A stretch of 64,000 nucleotides of DNA, from contig DASYPP010000060.1 in assembly GCA_036006525.1 (NCBI GenBank), forward strand, positions 23,794 through 87,793. Reading direction: 5' to 3'. The notes under the pieces were generated by a model. The model worked only from the letters and a program-made list of their open reading frames with translations, ran no database searches and was not told the DNA's origin. Origin of the DNA: Gemmatimonadales bacterium (GTDB lineage Bacteria > Gemmatimonadota > Gemmatimonadetes > Gemmatimonadales > GWC2-71-9). Within the stretch, counting starts at the first letter, position 1; the number at the start of each line of letters is the position of its first letter. Position numbers and translations under genes: made by a program. Below are positions 45,052 to 54,537 of this stretch, piece by piece.

Positions 45052-45402
45052 ATGGCTACCATCTTTGAACGCTTGAATCACGAGCTCGAAACCTTCGGCC
45101 GCCGGGCCCAGGCGGCGATCGACGAAGGCCGCTTCCATATCGAGTTGATCCGGCTGCGCCGCCAGCGGGAGGAAGCCGCAAGCAATCTGGGCCGGCTGGT
45201 GCATAAACGGGAGCGAGGCACCGAAGTGGAGCCGGCCCGGATCGACGGGTTGCTGCTCCGGCTCGACGACATCGAAGCCGCGATCGACAAGGTCGAAAAG
45301 CAGATGGGCTCGATCCGGGCGGAAGCCGCCGAAGAGAAAGCGGCACCGGCCGAACCGGCTGCTCCGGTGGAGACCGAAGTCGCCGAGGGATCGCCGTCCT
45401 AG
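45052..45402 (+). CDS. hypothetical coiled-coil protein
   Basis: 116 aa with GGAG upstream, heptad-like charged sequence and an Ala/Pro/Glu-rich tail. No family recognised. Confidence 0.5.
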   Translation: MATIFERLNHELETFGRRAQAAIDEGRFHIELIRLRRQREEAASNLGRLVHKRERGTEVEPARIDGLLLRLDDIEAAIDKVEKQMGSIRAEAAEEKAAPAEPAAPVETEVAEGSPS

Positions 45403-45430
45403 GGCGAGTCCCAGGCCCCGCCGGTACCGC

Positions 45431-45733
45431 ATGCTGCAGTCACGTTGGGGCCGCCGGCTCGCCGCCCTCTACCTCCTGGTGGTGGCATTCGCCGGCGGAT
45501 TCCTTTCGTACCATGCCATTGTCGCGCCCCACTCATCGCAGCCCCTCGCCGCGCTCGTGATCGGGGCAGGGATGCCGTGGAGTTTCCTGCTGAGCCGGGC
45601 GCTGGACCCGGATAGCATGGGCGCTGTTCTGCTGGTGATGGGATCCTGCCTGGTGCTGAACACCCTGCTCCTGTATTGGGTGGGGGTAGGGCTGGACCAC
45701 CTCAAATCGAGGAAACCCCGTGAAGCTCTCTAG
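45431..45733 (+). CDS. hypothetical small membrane protein
   Basis: 100 aa with three hydrophobic helices. No family recognised. Confidence 0.45.
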   Translation: MLQSRWGRRLAALYLLVVAFAGGFLSYHAIVAPHSSQPLAALVIGAGMPWSFLLSRALDPDSMGAVLLVMGSCLVLNTLLLYWVGVGLDHLKSRKPREAL

Positions 45734-46496
45734 GCACGCCGGTATCATCCTGGGAGTGCTCGCCATGGCTTGTGCCGGACCCTCCTCACCCGTGCCGTCG
45801 CCGTCGATCCTGGGCCCCTGGCCGCAACACTCTATGGACCGGCCTCGGCCCAGCGTCGTCACTCCGGCTGCATTTGTGGCCACGCCTCCCCCGCCGGACG
45901 CGGTCGTGCTCTTCGACGGCCAGTCGCTGGCGAGTTGGCGCCTGGCGGACAGCAGCCAGGCCCCGGCGCGGTGGAAAGTCGCCAACGGCTACATGGAAGT
46001 AGCACCGGGCGCCGGAGGAATCGCGACGGCGCAGGGGTTCGGGGATGCCCAGCTGCACATCGAGTGGATGGCGCCGGTACCGCCGGAGGGAACCGGCCAG
46101 GACCGCGGCAACAGCGGCGTATTCCTGATGGGGCAGTACGAGGTCCAGGTACTGGATTCCTACGGAAACGATACGTATCCCGACGGCCAGGCCGGCGCGA
46201 TCTACGGGCAATATCCTCCGCTCGTCAATGCCAGCCGCCCACCGGGCGAGTGGCAGAGTTACGACATCGTATTCCACCGCCCTCGCTTCAACTCCGACGG
46301 CTCACTCGAGTCGCCCGCCAGAATGACGGTGCTGCACAATGGGATTATGGTGCAGGACAACGCGACCCTGGTGGGTCCGACATCACACCAGGAACGCCGG
46401 CCCTACGTAGCACATCCTGACAAGCTGCCGCTCATGCTGCAGGACCATGGGCACCCGGTGCGCTACCGCAATATCTGGATTCGTACCTTGGAATGA
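45720..46496 (+). CDS. DUF1080 (3-keto-disaccharide hydrolase-like) domain lipoprotein
   Basis: Lipobox VLAMA-C. W...ANGYMEV, NSGVFLMGQYEVQVLD, GAIYGQ, and the terminal HGHPVRYRNIWIRTL typical of DUF1080. GTG start. Confidence 0.75.
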   Translation: MKLSRHAGIILGVLAMACAGPSSPVPSPSILGPWPQHSMDRPRPSVVTPAAFVATPPPPDAVVLFDGQSLASWRLADSSQAPARWKVANGYMEVAPGAGGIATAQGFGDAQLHIEWMAPVPPEGTGQDRGNSGVFLMGQYEVQVLDSYGNDTYPDGQAGAIYGQYPPLVNASRPPGEWQSYDIVFHRPRFNSDGSLESPARMTVLHNGIMVQDNATLVGPTSHQERRPYVAHPDKLPLMLQDHGHPVRYRNIWIRTLE

Positions 46497-46503
46497 GGGA
46501 GCG

Positions 46504-46649
46504 GAGGGCACCGAGAAAAGCCAACGCTGAGCCGCTGGGGTCGCCGAGGTAACGCAGAGAACTCCAAAACACTCAGGAACAACAATTTGGTTTCTCTGCG
46601 TGTGCTCAGCGAATTCAGCGGCTCAGCGTTGGTAGTTCTCGGTGTTCTC
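46504..46649. repeat. long inverted-repeat element, GCTGAG/CGCAGAG-unit arms
   Basis: Left gagggcaccgagaaaagccaacgctgagccgctggggtcgccgaggtaacgcagagaac. Right gtttctctgcgtgtgctcagcgaattcagcggctcagcgttggtagttctcggtgttctc. Between convergent genes. Confidence 0.75.
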
Positions 46650-47899
46650 TAGTAACTCGGCGGCAAGTGCCGGTACCGCTCCAGCAGCTCGGTCATCCGG
46701 CTATTCATCGGAATGTCCTTACCCTCGATGATCACATGCTCGGCGTGGCCCGAGTAGTCGAACGGATCTCCTTTCCAGATGACGACGTCCGCCACCTTCC
46801 CCGCTTCCAGTGATCCGTAGCGGTTCGCTACGCCGAACGCCGCGGCGGGCGTGAGCGTCACCGCCTTCAACGCATCCTCCCACGAGAGTCCATACCGGAT
46901 CGCAAAACCCGCCGCGAAACGGAGGTCCCTGGGGCCGCCGGTCTCTGCTTCCACCACGATCAGTGGCACGCCGGCCGCCGCCAGCAGGGCGGCGTTGTCC
47001 GATCGCGCGCCGGGCCCGTCGAAGGACGGAATGTTGGTGAGCGGGTAGACGGCAACCGGTACCCTGGCCCGGGCCAGGTCTGCCGCGACCTTCCACGCTT
47101 CGGTTCCCCCCAGGATCACCAGCCCCAGGTGGAACTCCCGCGCCAGGCGGAGCGCGTTGGCGATATCGCTCTGCCGGTTGGCGATGGCGAACACCGGCAG
47201 GGTTCCATGGAGGACCGGAAGCAGGGCCTCGAGCTCCGCGGCGGGCGCCGACAGTTCCTGCATGTCCCGCTTCTTGAAGTCCGCTTTGCGATGCTCGTAT
47301 TCGAGCGCATCCTGAAAGACCTGCCGCAGCCGCTGCATGACCCCGGCGCGGCTGCCGCCGCCCGCCCCTTTGCTGCCCTCGCTGAGATCGATCATCATGG
47401 CCGCTGGTGATTGTGTCACCATGTCCTCGATCCGGTCACCGTTGAGATCGATCAGCACGGCCTGGCCCGGGATCAGGCCGCCGCCCGGCCGGGTGATCGC
47501 GGTGGTCACGCCTTCCATCCGGGCAACCGGAATGTTCACCACTTGCGGATTGATGCCTTCGGCCACGTTAAAGGAGGGGTTCAGGTCTCCGCTGTGGCTG
47601 CCCTCGTTGGTCGCGTCCACCGAGCCGACCTGGGTCAGGCCCAGGTTGGACGCCGCGTTCAGGAGACCCGGCGTCACCAGGCGGCCGGTGGCGTCTATCC
47701 GCGTTGCACCGGCGGGTATCGTCACGCTGGTCCCTACCGCGATGATCTTTCCGTCCTGAATCAGCACGGTCGCATTCTCGATCGGCGGGCCGGACACCGG
47801 GTACACCTTTCCTCCGGTGATGGCGATCGATTGCGCCAAGGCGGTCGAGGCGGTCGCGGCGGACAGGGCGGTCAAGGCCGCCAGGAGTTTGCGCTTCAC
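46649..47899 (-). CDS. secreted amidohydrolase family protein
   Basis: Signal peptide. TPGLLNA..., and C-terminal GSLEAGKVADVVIW typical of the metal-dependent amidohydrolase superfamily. Confidence 0.8.
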   Translation of the reverse strand: MKRKLLAALTALSAATASTALAQSIAITGGKVYPVSGPPIENATVLIQDGKIIAVGTSVTIPAGATRIDATGRLVTPGLLNAASNLGLTQVGSVDATNEGSHSGDLNPSFNVAEGINPQVVNIPVARMEGVTTAITRPGGGLIPGQAVLIDLNGDRIEDMVTQSPAAMMIDLSEGSKGAGGGSRAGVMQRLRQVFQDALEYEHRKADFKKRDMQELSAPAAELEALLPVLHGTLPVFAIANRQSDIANALRLAREFHLGLVILGGTEAWKVAADLARARVPVAVYPLTNIPSFDGPGARSDNAALLAAAGVPLIVVEAETGGPRDLRFAAGFAIRYGLSWEDALKAVTLTPAAAFGVANRYGSLEAGKVADVVIWKGDPFDYSGHAEHVIIEGKDIPMNSRMTELLERYRHLPPSY

Positions 47900-49302
47900 T
47901 TGCCCACCCCCGGATCCGTGACGCCAAGGTTGAAATCAGTTTCCGGACGTCGCTTGGGATCGTTGCGGTCGAAGAGCAGCCATCCGTCGTTGAATACCAG
48001 CTCCGCCTTGGAGTAGATGGAGAACGGGTCGCCGGACCACAGCACGACGTCAGCGTCTTTCCCGGGCTCCAGGCTTCCGGTGACGCTATCGATGCCGAGC
48101 GCCCAGGCCGGATTGATGGTGATCCACTGGATTGCCTGTTCCCGGGTGACCGGGATCCCGGCCTGGTTACCACTGTACATCGCCTGGGCGGCGCCATCGT
48201 TGAGGCGCTGAATGCCGTCCGCGTCGTCGGAGTGGATGATCACCCGGACGCCGGCCTGCTGCTGCAGCGCGGCGCTCTGGGGAATCCCGTCGAACGATTC
48301 CATCTTGAAGCCCCACCAGTCGGCCCAGACCGAAGTCGCCACCCCTTCGCGGGCCAGGATGTCGGCGATCTTGTAGGCTTCGACGGCATGATGAAAAGCG
48401 CGGATGTGGAACCCGAACTCCCGCGCCAGATCCATCATCTGCACCATCTCGTCCGCCCGGTAGCAGTGGTTCTGCACCAGGATGTGGCCGCGGAGCACTT
48501 CGGCGAGAGTTTCCAGCTGAAGATCGCGATCCGGCGGATCGCCTTTCCTGTCTTTGAGCCAGGTGTCCCATCTCCGCCGGTACGCTTCCGCCCGGATGTA
48601 CGCCTCTCGATAGCCCGCCATGTTGCCCATGCGAGTCGAGGGCCCGCTGTTCTGGTAGACCCGTTTCGGATTCTCGCCGCAGGCCATCTTGAGGCCGTAG
48701 GGCGCGCCCGGGAACTTCATCTCCTGCACGGTGCGGGCGGGGATGAGCCGGAGCGTGGCCGAGCGGCCTCCGATCAGGTTGGCGGAGCCGGGCAGCGCCT
48801 GGATCACGGTCACGCCGCCGGCGATGGCCAGCGGTATCTGGGGATCCTGGGGCCAGAACGAATGCTCGGCCCAGACTTGCGCGGTGTTCGGGCTGGTCGC
48901 CTCGTTCCCGTCGGATTCCGCGAACGTGCCCGGAGCGGAATACACCCCGAGGTGACTGTGGTCGTCGATGAGGCCGGGAGTGACAAATTTCCCGGTGCCA
49001 TCGATCACCGTGGCCCCTGCCGGTGCCGTCAGGTCCCGACCCACTGAAACGACCTTGCCATCCTGGAAGAGAATCGAGGCGTTGGCCTGTTCCGGCCCCG
49101 CCGCGGTCAGGATCGTCGCGTTCCGGATCAGGACCGGCGGGTTCTGCCGCCGGTGATAGGTCGAGGCATACTGGGGCCGGAGCGCGCTGATCGAGTCGGC
49201 CCCTGCGTCCTTGGCCGGCTCTGACGTGGTCGCCACGGATCCGTGGCCGGCGCAGCCGGCCGCCAGCACGCTGGAAATCAGCAGGGGCCAACGGTTCATC
49301 AT
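47896..49302 (-). CDS. amidohydrolase family lipoprotein
   Basis: Lipobox VLAAG-C. TPGLIDDHSHLG (HxH metal motif), GSLEPGKDADVVLW. 4-nt overlap with the downstream paralogue. Confidence 0.8.
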   Translation of the reverse strand: MMNRWPLLISSVLAAGCAGHGSVATTSEPAKDAGADSISALRPQYASTYHRRQNPPVLIRNATILTAAGPEQANASILFQDGKVVSVGRDLTAPAGATVIDGTGKFVTPGLIDDHSHLGVYSAPGTFAESDGNEATSPNTAQVWAEHSFWPQDPQIPLAIAGGVTVIQALPGSANLIGGRSATLRLIPARTVQEMKFPGAPYGLKMACGENPKRVYQNSGPSTRMGNMAGYREAYIRAEAYRRRWDTWLKDRKGDPPDRDLQLETLAEVLRGHILVQNHCYRADEMVQMMDLAREFGFHIRAFHHAVEAYKIADILAREGVATSVWADWWGFKMESFDGIPQSAALQQQAGVRVIIHSDDADGIQRLNDGAAQAMYSGNQAGIPVTREQAIQWITINPAWALGIDSVTGSLEPGKDADVVLWSGDPFSIYSKAELVFNDGWLLFDRNDPKRRPETDFNLGVTDPGVGK

Positions 49303-50012
49303 CGCTTCTCCTCTTTTACCAACTGGAATTCCAGCGGTGAGCTGTTGATGGTCACCTTCACCAGGCGGTGCGGCGCGCGAGTCGTGACGAAGAAGTTCAC
49401 TCCGGATCCGTCACCGCTGATCAGCTCGGCGCGCCAGGTCTTGAAGGTGCCGGCTGGCACCTGGACCGTGGCCGTATCGACGACTGTCAGGGTACCGGGA
49501 GCGCTGGCGTTCTTGCCGGCCGAGAAAATGGTCAGCTTCCAGGCCGCGCGCGGGGCCCAGGGCAGGGTCGCGAGGAGGGGCTGGATCGCATTGTCGTCGA
49601 TGGTACCCGGAGTGACCACGGTGTCGATGGCGAACTCCTTGGACTGGGGGGCCGCGACCAGCGCATTGCCGTGAACTCTTCGGCCGGCGTATGCGATGTT
49701 GATATAGGCATCCTTGCCCTGCACCTTGCCGTGCTGCGCCACGGTCCGGACCGACAGGTCCGGGTTCAGGGACACCACGGTCGACTGGGTTACCGCGGTG
49801 CCGATCCCGGTGTCTTCAGTGTACTCGAATCCACTCGGGGTTCGCTTCAGGTTGGTGCGCTGGAAGCCGACCGTCCGGCCCTGGACGATGACCGTGAAGG
49901 AGTCGCGACCCAGGTTCAGGGCGCCAGGGCTGAAGCGGGGCGCAGTCTGGGCGGTGACCCGGGCGGCCGGACACACCAGGAGGGCAACCAGGGCGAGTGC
50001 AGGTCGAGACAT
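49299..50012 (-). CDS. hypothetical secreted protein
   Basis: Signal peptide MSRPALALVALLVCPAARVTAQ. Beta-rich. 4-nt overlap with the downstream amidohydrolase gene. No family recognised. Confidence 0.55.
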   Translation of the reverse strand: MSRPALALVALLVCPAARVTAQTAPRFSPGALNLGRDSFTVIVQGRTVGFQRTNLKRTPSGFEYTEDTGIGTAVTQSTVVSLNPDLSVRTVAQHGKVQGKDAYINIAYAGRRVHGNALVAAPQSKEFAIDTVVTPGTIDDNAIQPLLATLPWAPRAAWKLTIFSAGKNASAPGTLTVVDTATVQVPAGTFKTWRAELISGDGSGVNFFVTTRAPHRLVKVTINSSPLEFQLVKEEKR

Positions 50013-50013
50013 C

Positions 50014-50883
50014 TTACCTCTTTGTAGGGAACAGTTTCAGGCTGTTGTCACACAGGATCGCCTGCTGGGTGCCGGCCTTGAGGGGCAGGGCCAGGAATTG
50101 ATCCAGGTTCTGCCCGAGGTCCTTGATCCCCGGGCTCGGCCAGTCGGTGCCCCAGAGCGTCTTGCCGGCGATTTCCTCGAGACGGGGAAAGTACTCCAGC
50201 AGTTTCGACGGCGGTATGCCGGAGACCTCGAGGGACACGTTCCGGTGGCGCCGGAGGATGAAAAACGCCTCTTCCATCCAGAAGGGGCGGCCACCGTGAG
50301 CCATGATGATCTGGAGATCGGGGAAATCGATGGCGACGTCATCCACTTCGAGTGGATTGCCCCACTTGGAGCGGGCCCCGGGAAATATGCTGGTGCCGGT
50401 GTGGATCATGACCGGTACGCCCCGGTCTTCCAGGCGACGGTAGATCCGGCCGAGGGCTTCGAGGCCCTCGGTGTAAGCGTTGGCCGGGTAGAGCTGGTGG
50501 GGCGGGTGGATCTTGAAGCAGCGGATACCGAGGTCGATCAGCCGGTCGACATCGGCTTCGGGGTCCCTGGTAAAGCGGGGGTGCACCCCGCCGAACGGCA
50601 ACAGCCGCTCCGGGGCCGCCTGGGCATATTGGGCGGCGAAATCGTTGGTGGAATCGTCAAACCCCATGAGATCGGGGCTGGGATAGTTGATGAGTCCCAC
50701 CCGCCAGATGCCGGCCAGGTCCATCACCGCGAGCAGGGCCTTCGGATTCTCCATCAGCTCGATCAGCCGTTGCCAGTGAGCTTCCTTGCCTTTGCGCATC
50801 ACCTCCAGCACCGCCGGCTTCATCTGCCGCCAGGGCTGGATGTGGATATGGAGGTCGGTGACGGGATAGGGGAGCGGAGCCAT
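50014..50883 (-). CDS. amidohydrolase-2 (TIM-barrel metal-dependent hydrolase) family protein
   Basis: DLHIHI near the N-terminus, IHTG, IIMAHGG, WGTDWP. Confidence 0.75.
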   Translation of the reverse strand: MAPLPYPVTDLHIHIQPWRQMKPAVLEVMRKGKEAHWQRLIELMENPKALLAVMDLAGIWRVGLINYPSPDLMGFDDSTNDFAAQYAQAAPERLLPFGGVHPRFTRDPEADVDRLIDLGIRCFKIHPPHQLYPANAYTEGLEALGRIYRRLEDRGVPVMIHTGTSIFPGARSKWGNPLEVDDVAIDFPDLQIIMAHGGRPFWMEEAFFILRRHRNVSLEVSGIPPSKLLEYFPRLEEIAGKTLWGTDWPSPGIKDLGQNLDQFLALPLKAGTQQAILCDNSLKLFPTKR

Positions 50884-51004
50884 GGGGTCAAAACGTTAAC
50901 CGGTCGGGAAAGCGGAGCAAGTTGCGGCGGGTATGCCACAGGGTGCCCATGACTTGCGTCGGAGGTATCTTTATTCCCTCCTGATCCCGGAAATACCCGT
51001 ACTC

Positions 51005-52837
51005 ATGACCAGCCCCACCGCCCTCTGCCCTCGCTGCTCCCGCACGGTCACTCCGGGCCTTCGTGAGTGTCCCGGGTGCGGGTTCGACCTGGTGTGGGAC
51101 CAGGGCATGGTGACCACCGCGGCGGTGGATACTGGAGCCTTCATGACCACGGCGCGGATGCCGCAGATCGTCCGCCCGGTGGACCTGCTGGCCCACGCGA
51201 CCACCGGCGAGTACGAGATTCTCAATGAGCTGGGTCGGGGCGGCATGGCGGCGGTTTACCTCGCGCGCGAGCTGGCCCTGGACCGCAAGGTGGCGATCAA
51301 GCTGATCCTGCCCAGCATCGTGGACGGGCCGGAGGCGGTGGAGCGATTCAAGCGCGAAGCGCGCACGGCGGCGTCGCTGAGCCATCCCAGCGTGATCCCG
51401 ATCTACGCGGTCAAGGAATCCGACCACGCGCTGTTCTTCGTGATGAAGTACGTCCACGGGCGGACCCTGTCTTCCATCCTCCGGAGCGCGGGGCCGCTCC
51501 CCGTCAGCCTGGCCCGCAATGTCGTCACCTCGGTCGCGATGGCGCTCGATTACGCCCACCGTAACGGCGTCATCCACCGGGACATCAAGCCCGGCAACAT
51601 CATGGTGGATGTCGAGGGCCACGTGATGGTGACCGACTTCGGCATCGCCAAGGTGGCCGATGCCCGGGGTCTCACCACCACCGGCAGGACCATCGGAACG
51701 CCGGCCTACATGAGCCCCGAGGCGTGCGCCGGCCGGGAAGTGAACGGCGCGTCCGACCAGTACGCGCTGGGGGTGGTCGCCTATGAAATGCTGGCCGGGC
51801 GCAATCCGTTCATGGCGGAGAACTCGGTCGGGATCATGTACGCCCACGTGCACGAGGACCCGCAGTCCCTCGGCGAACTCCGGCCCGATTGCCCGCCCGA
51901 GGTCGCCAATGCGGTCATGCGGATGATCTCCAAGGATCCCGCAGCGCGGTTCCCTTCGCTCAAGGAAGTCGCCCTGGTCTTCCAGGGCAGCCAGGTGACC
52001 GACGAGATGGCGGTGGCCTCGCTGGGGGCGCTTGCCGCCAGCCGCGGACAGTCCGATTCCGCGATCCCCACGCCGGTGCCCCGGCGAACCCCGGTGCGCA
52101 CCGGCACCACGACCAGGCAGGTTCGCCGCCGCACCCTGATCTGGGTGATCGCCGGGACTCTGCTCCTGATCGCCGTCGTGCTGTTCGGACTGGCGCGTAT
52201 CAGGAGTCCCGACAACCGCCTGCCGGTTGCCGACAGCTCGGTGATCGCTACCCGGGCCGCGGCAATCGGGGCGCGGGCGCGGGCAACGGCGTCCGGCCTG
52301 GGTGCCGGCGTCCTGGCGGGCGGAGACTCGGTTTTCAGCGCGGGGGAAGCCATGGCAGATTCGGGCCGGATGGCCGATGCCGCGGCGCTCTTCGGCCTGG
52401 CCGCTTCGACCTGGGATTCCCTGCTCGTCAAGCGGACCCCGGCGGGGCCGGCGGCCAGCCCTACGGTCAGCCGCCCCGCCACCGCGGACACCTCCACTCG
52501 GATGGTCAGCGACTCAGCCGCGATCACGGCCTACTATAGGGAACTGGCCGGCGTCATCGAGTCGCGGCAGCTCGATGGCGTGCGCCGCCTGCTGCCCAAC
52601 CTGACGGAATCCCAGGAGCAGAACTGGCGCGGTCTGTTCGAGGACAAGGATGTCGAGAAGATCGAAGCGAGTTACGCGGTTGGGGCGGTGACCACGATGC
52701 CGGAAGAGACCCACGCCAGTATTTCGGAACACATCAGCGTCACCAAGCGGGGCAAGCTGACGCCCCGGAACCGCACCTACTTCGCGACCCTGACCAAGGG
52801 GCCGCAGGGCTGGCGGCAAATCCGCGAGGAGCGGTAG
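51005..52837 (+). CDS. Ser/Thr protein kinase with N-terminal zinc ribbon and C-terminal extracytoplasmic domain
   Basis: CPRC...CPGC, GRGGMAAVY, HRDIKPGNI, DFG, TPAYMSPE, TM helix LIWVIAGTLLLIAVVLFGL. Start ATG 51005. The TAG stop lies in REP doublet 52834..52907. Confidence 0.85.
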   Translation: MTSPTALCPRCSRTVTPGLRECPGCGFDLVWDQGMVTTAAVDTGAFMTTARMPQIVRPVDLLAHATTGEYEILNELGRGGMAAVYLARELALDRKVAIKLILPSIVDGPEAVERFKREARTAASLSHPSVIPIYAVKESDHALFFVMKYVHGRTLSSILRSAGPLPVSLARNVVTSVAMALDYAHRNGVIHRDIKPGNIMVDVEGHVMVTDFGIAKVADARGLTTTGRTIGTPAYMSPEACAGREVNGASDQYALGVVAYEMLAGRNPFMAENSVGIMYAHVHEDPQSLGELRPDCPPEVANAVMRMISKDPAARFPSLKEVALVFQGSQVTDEMAVASLGALAASRGQSDSAIPTPVPRRTPVRTGTTTRQVRRRTLIWVIAGTLLLIAVVLFGLARIRSPDNRLPVADSSVIATRAAAIGARARATASGLGAGVLAGGDSVFSAGEAMADSGRMADAAALFGLAASTWDSLLVKRTPAGPAASPTVSRPATADTSTRMVSDSAAITAYYRELAGVIESRQLDGVRRLLPNLTESQEQNWRGLFEDKDVEKIEASYAVGAVTTMPEETHASISEHISVTKRGKLTPRNRTYFATLTKGPQGWRQIREER

Positions 52838-52907
52838 GTCGGGCCTCCGTGCCCGACCTGGAATCGATGAGCATCCCAGTCCGGTCGGGCACGGAGGCCC
52901 GACCTAC
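52834..52907. repeat. REP doublet (REPIN-like): perfect 25-bp inverted repeat GTAGGTCGGGCCTCCGTGCCCGACC
   Basis: Arm 52834..52858 is the exact reverse complement of arm 52883..52907, with a 24-bp spacer. Each arm is itself a hairpin (ggtcgggc-ctccgt-gcccgacc). Confidence 0.9.
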
Positions 52908-53767
52908 CCATCCCAGTCGTAAAACCCCTTCCCGCTTTTCTTCCCCAGCTTACCCTCTTTCACCATCTGTCGCATCAGCGCCGGCGGCTCGTATTGCGCC
53001 CCGCCCAGGGTGCCGTGCAGGTACTCCGCGATCCGGAGCCGCACATCGAGCCCTACCAGGTCGGTCAGCCTGAGCGGCCCCATCGGATGGTTGTAGCCCA
53101 GCTCCATCGCCTTGTCGATATCCTCCGGGCTGGCGACACCCTGTTCCACCATCCGGATCGCTTCGAGGCCCAGCACCACGCCCAGCCGGCTGGAGGCGAA
53201 CCCGGGTGAATCCTGCACCACGATCGGTTCCTTGCCCAGCGCGCGTACGATGGCAAGAGCATCGGCCCGGCTCGCTTCGCTCGTCCCGGGATGGACGACG
53301 ATCTCCACCAGTTTCATCAGGTGGACCGGGTTGAAGAAATGCAGACCGAGAAAGCGATCGGGGCGGGGAAGGCCGCCGGCGAGGGCCGCGACCGAGAGCG
53401 ACGACGTGTTGGTCGCGATCAAGGCACCGGGGCTGGCGGCATCGGCGGCCTGGATCAATACCTGACGCTTCACCGCCGCATCCTCCACCACCGCTTCGAT
53501 GACGAGATCCACGCCACTGCATGCGGCAGCGATGTCGCTGGCACCCAGGATCCTGCCGCGGACAAGCTCGCGCGCTTCGGGGGTCATCTTGCCCCGGGTC
53601 ACCGCGCCTTCCAGGGTCTTTTCGATCGCGGCGAGCGCGGTCGGCACCGCCTCGGCCCGGGCGTCGCAGAGCCGCGCATCCCATCCCGCCGTCGCGGCTG
53701 CCTGGGCGATGCCGGATCCCATTGTGCCGGCGCCGATCACCGCGACCCGCTTCACCATGAACCCCAT
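52904..53767 (-). CDS. 3-hydroxyacyl-CoA (3-hydroxybutyryl-CoA) dehydrogenase
   Basis: VAVIGAGTMGSGIAQ, HFFNPV, and C-terminal KSGKGFYDW. Start ATG 53767 (TGATG junction) or 53758. Confidence 0.85.
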   Translation of the reverse strand: MGFMVKRVAVIGAGTMGSGIAQAAATAGWDARLCDARAEAVPTALAAIEKTLEGAVTRGKMTPEARELVRGRILGASDIAAACSGVDLVIEAVVEDAAVKRQVLIQAADAASPGALIATNTSSLSVAALAGGLPRPDRFLGLHFFNPVHLMKLVEIVVHPGTSEASRADALAIVRALGKEPIVVQDSPGFASSRLGVVLGLEAIRMVEQGVASPEDIDKAMELGYNHPMGPLRLTDLVGLDVRLRIAEYLHGTLGGAQYEPPALMRQMVKEGKLGKKSGKGFYDWDG

Positions 53768-54450
53768 CAGTGGATCTCCTTCACCGCGGCGCGCAGCCGG
53801 TCCGGGTAGTTGCCGCAGAGCCCGTCCACCCCGAGCCGGGTGAGCGCCCTGGCGTCGCGTGGCTGGTTTACCGTCCAGGCGATGAGTTTTCCCCTCGCCC
53901 CGTGCACCGCGCTCACCATCGCGGCGTCGAGCAGGCCGTGATCCTGCCAGATCGTGCCGGCGCCCGCCGAGCGCATCAGGGCGACCGGATCGAGCGGATA
54001 GGAGGAGAGCAGGATGCCCCGGGGAAGGCCGGGCTTGAGCGCTCCGAGCCGGGCGATAATGCGGTGGTCGAATCCATGGACGGCGTAGCGGGAAGGCGCC
54101 GGGCCCTGGTCCAGCACCGAGAGCAGGCTCGGGTCAAAGGCGGGGCTCAAGGTCTTCACTTCGACATACACATCGAGGTCGCCCAGGATATCGAGGACCT
54201 CGGGCAGGGTCGGGACCGGTTCCCCGTTGGGGAGCCGGAACTCCTGCATCTCCATGTAGCTGAGGTGGCCGATCGGCCCCAGGCCCTGCAGCTCGGCATC
54301 GTGATGGACCAGGATGATGCCGTCGCTGGTGGAATGCACGTCGAGCTCGACGCCATCGGCGCCGAGCTCGACTGCCAGGGCAAAGGCGGCGCGGGAGTTC
54401 TCAAACTCGCGGCCGGAAGCGCCCCTATGAGCAATTATGGTGGGTGACAT
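53767..54450 (-). CDS. glycerophosphodiester phosphodiesterase family protein
   Basis: IIAHRGASG..ENS, ELDVHST.DG..VV.HD. Confidence 0.85.
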   Translation of the reverse strand: MSPTIIAHRGASGREFENSRAAFALAVELGADGVELDVHSTSDGIILVHHDAELQGLGPIGHLSYMEMQEFRLPNGEPVPTLPEVLDILGDLDVYVEVKTLSPAFDPSLLSVLDQGPAPSRYAVHGFDHRIIARLGALKPGLPRGILLSSYPLDPVALMRSAGAGTIWQDHGLLDAAMVSAVHGARGKLIAWTVNQPRDARALTRLGVDGLCGNYPDRLRAAVKEIH

Positions 54451-54456
54451 CAGTAT

Positions 54457-54531
54457 GATGCTGTCATCCCGAGCGAAGCGAGGGATCTTCTCACCTCGGG
54501 CAAGATTCCTCGCTACGCTCGGAATGACATC
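54457..54531. repeat. GTCATCCCGAG...CTCGGAATGAC-type 75-bp palindromic element (copy 2)
   Basis: gatgctgtcatcccgagcgaagcgagggatctt-ctcacctcgggc-aagattcctcgctacgctcggaatgacatc. Confidence 0.85.
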
Positions 54532-54537
54532 TAGTGA

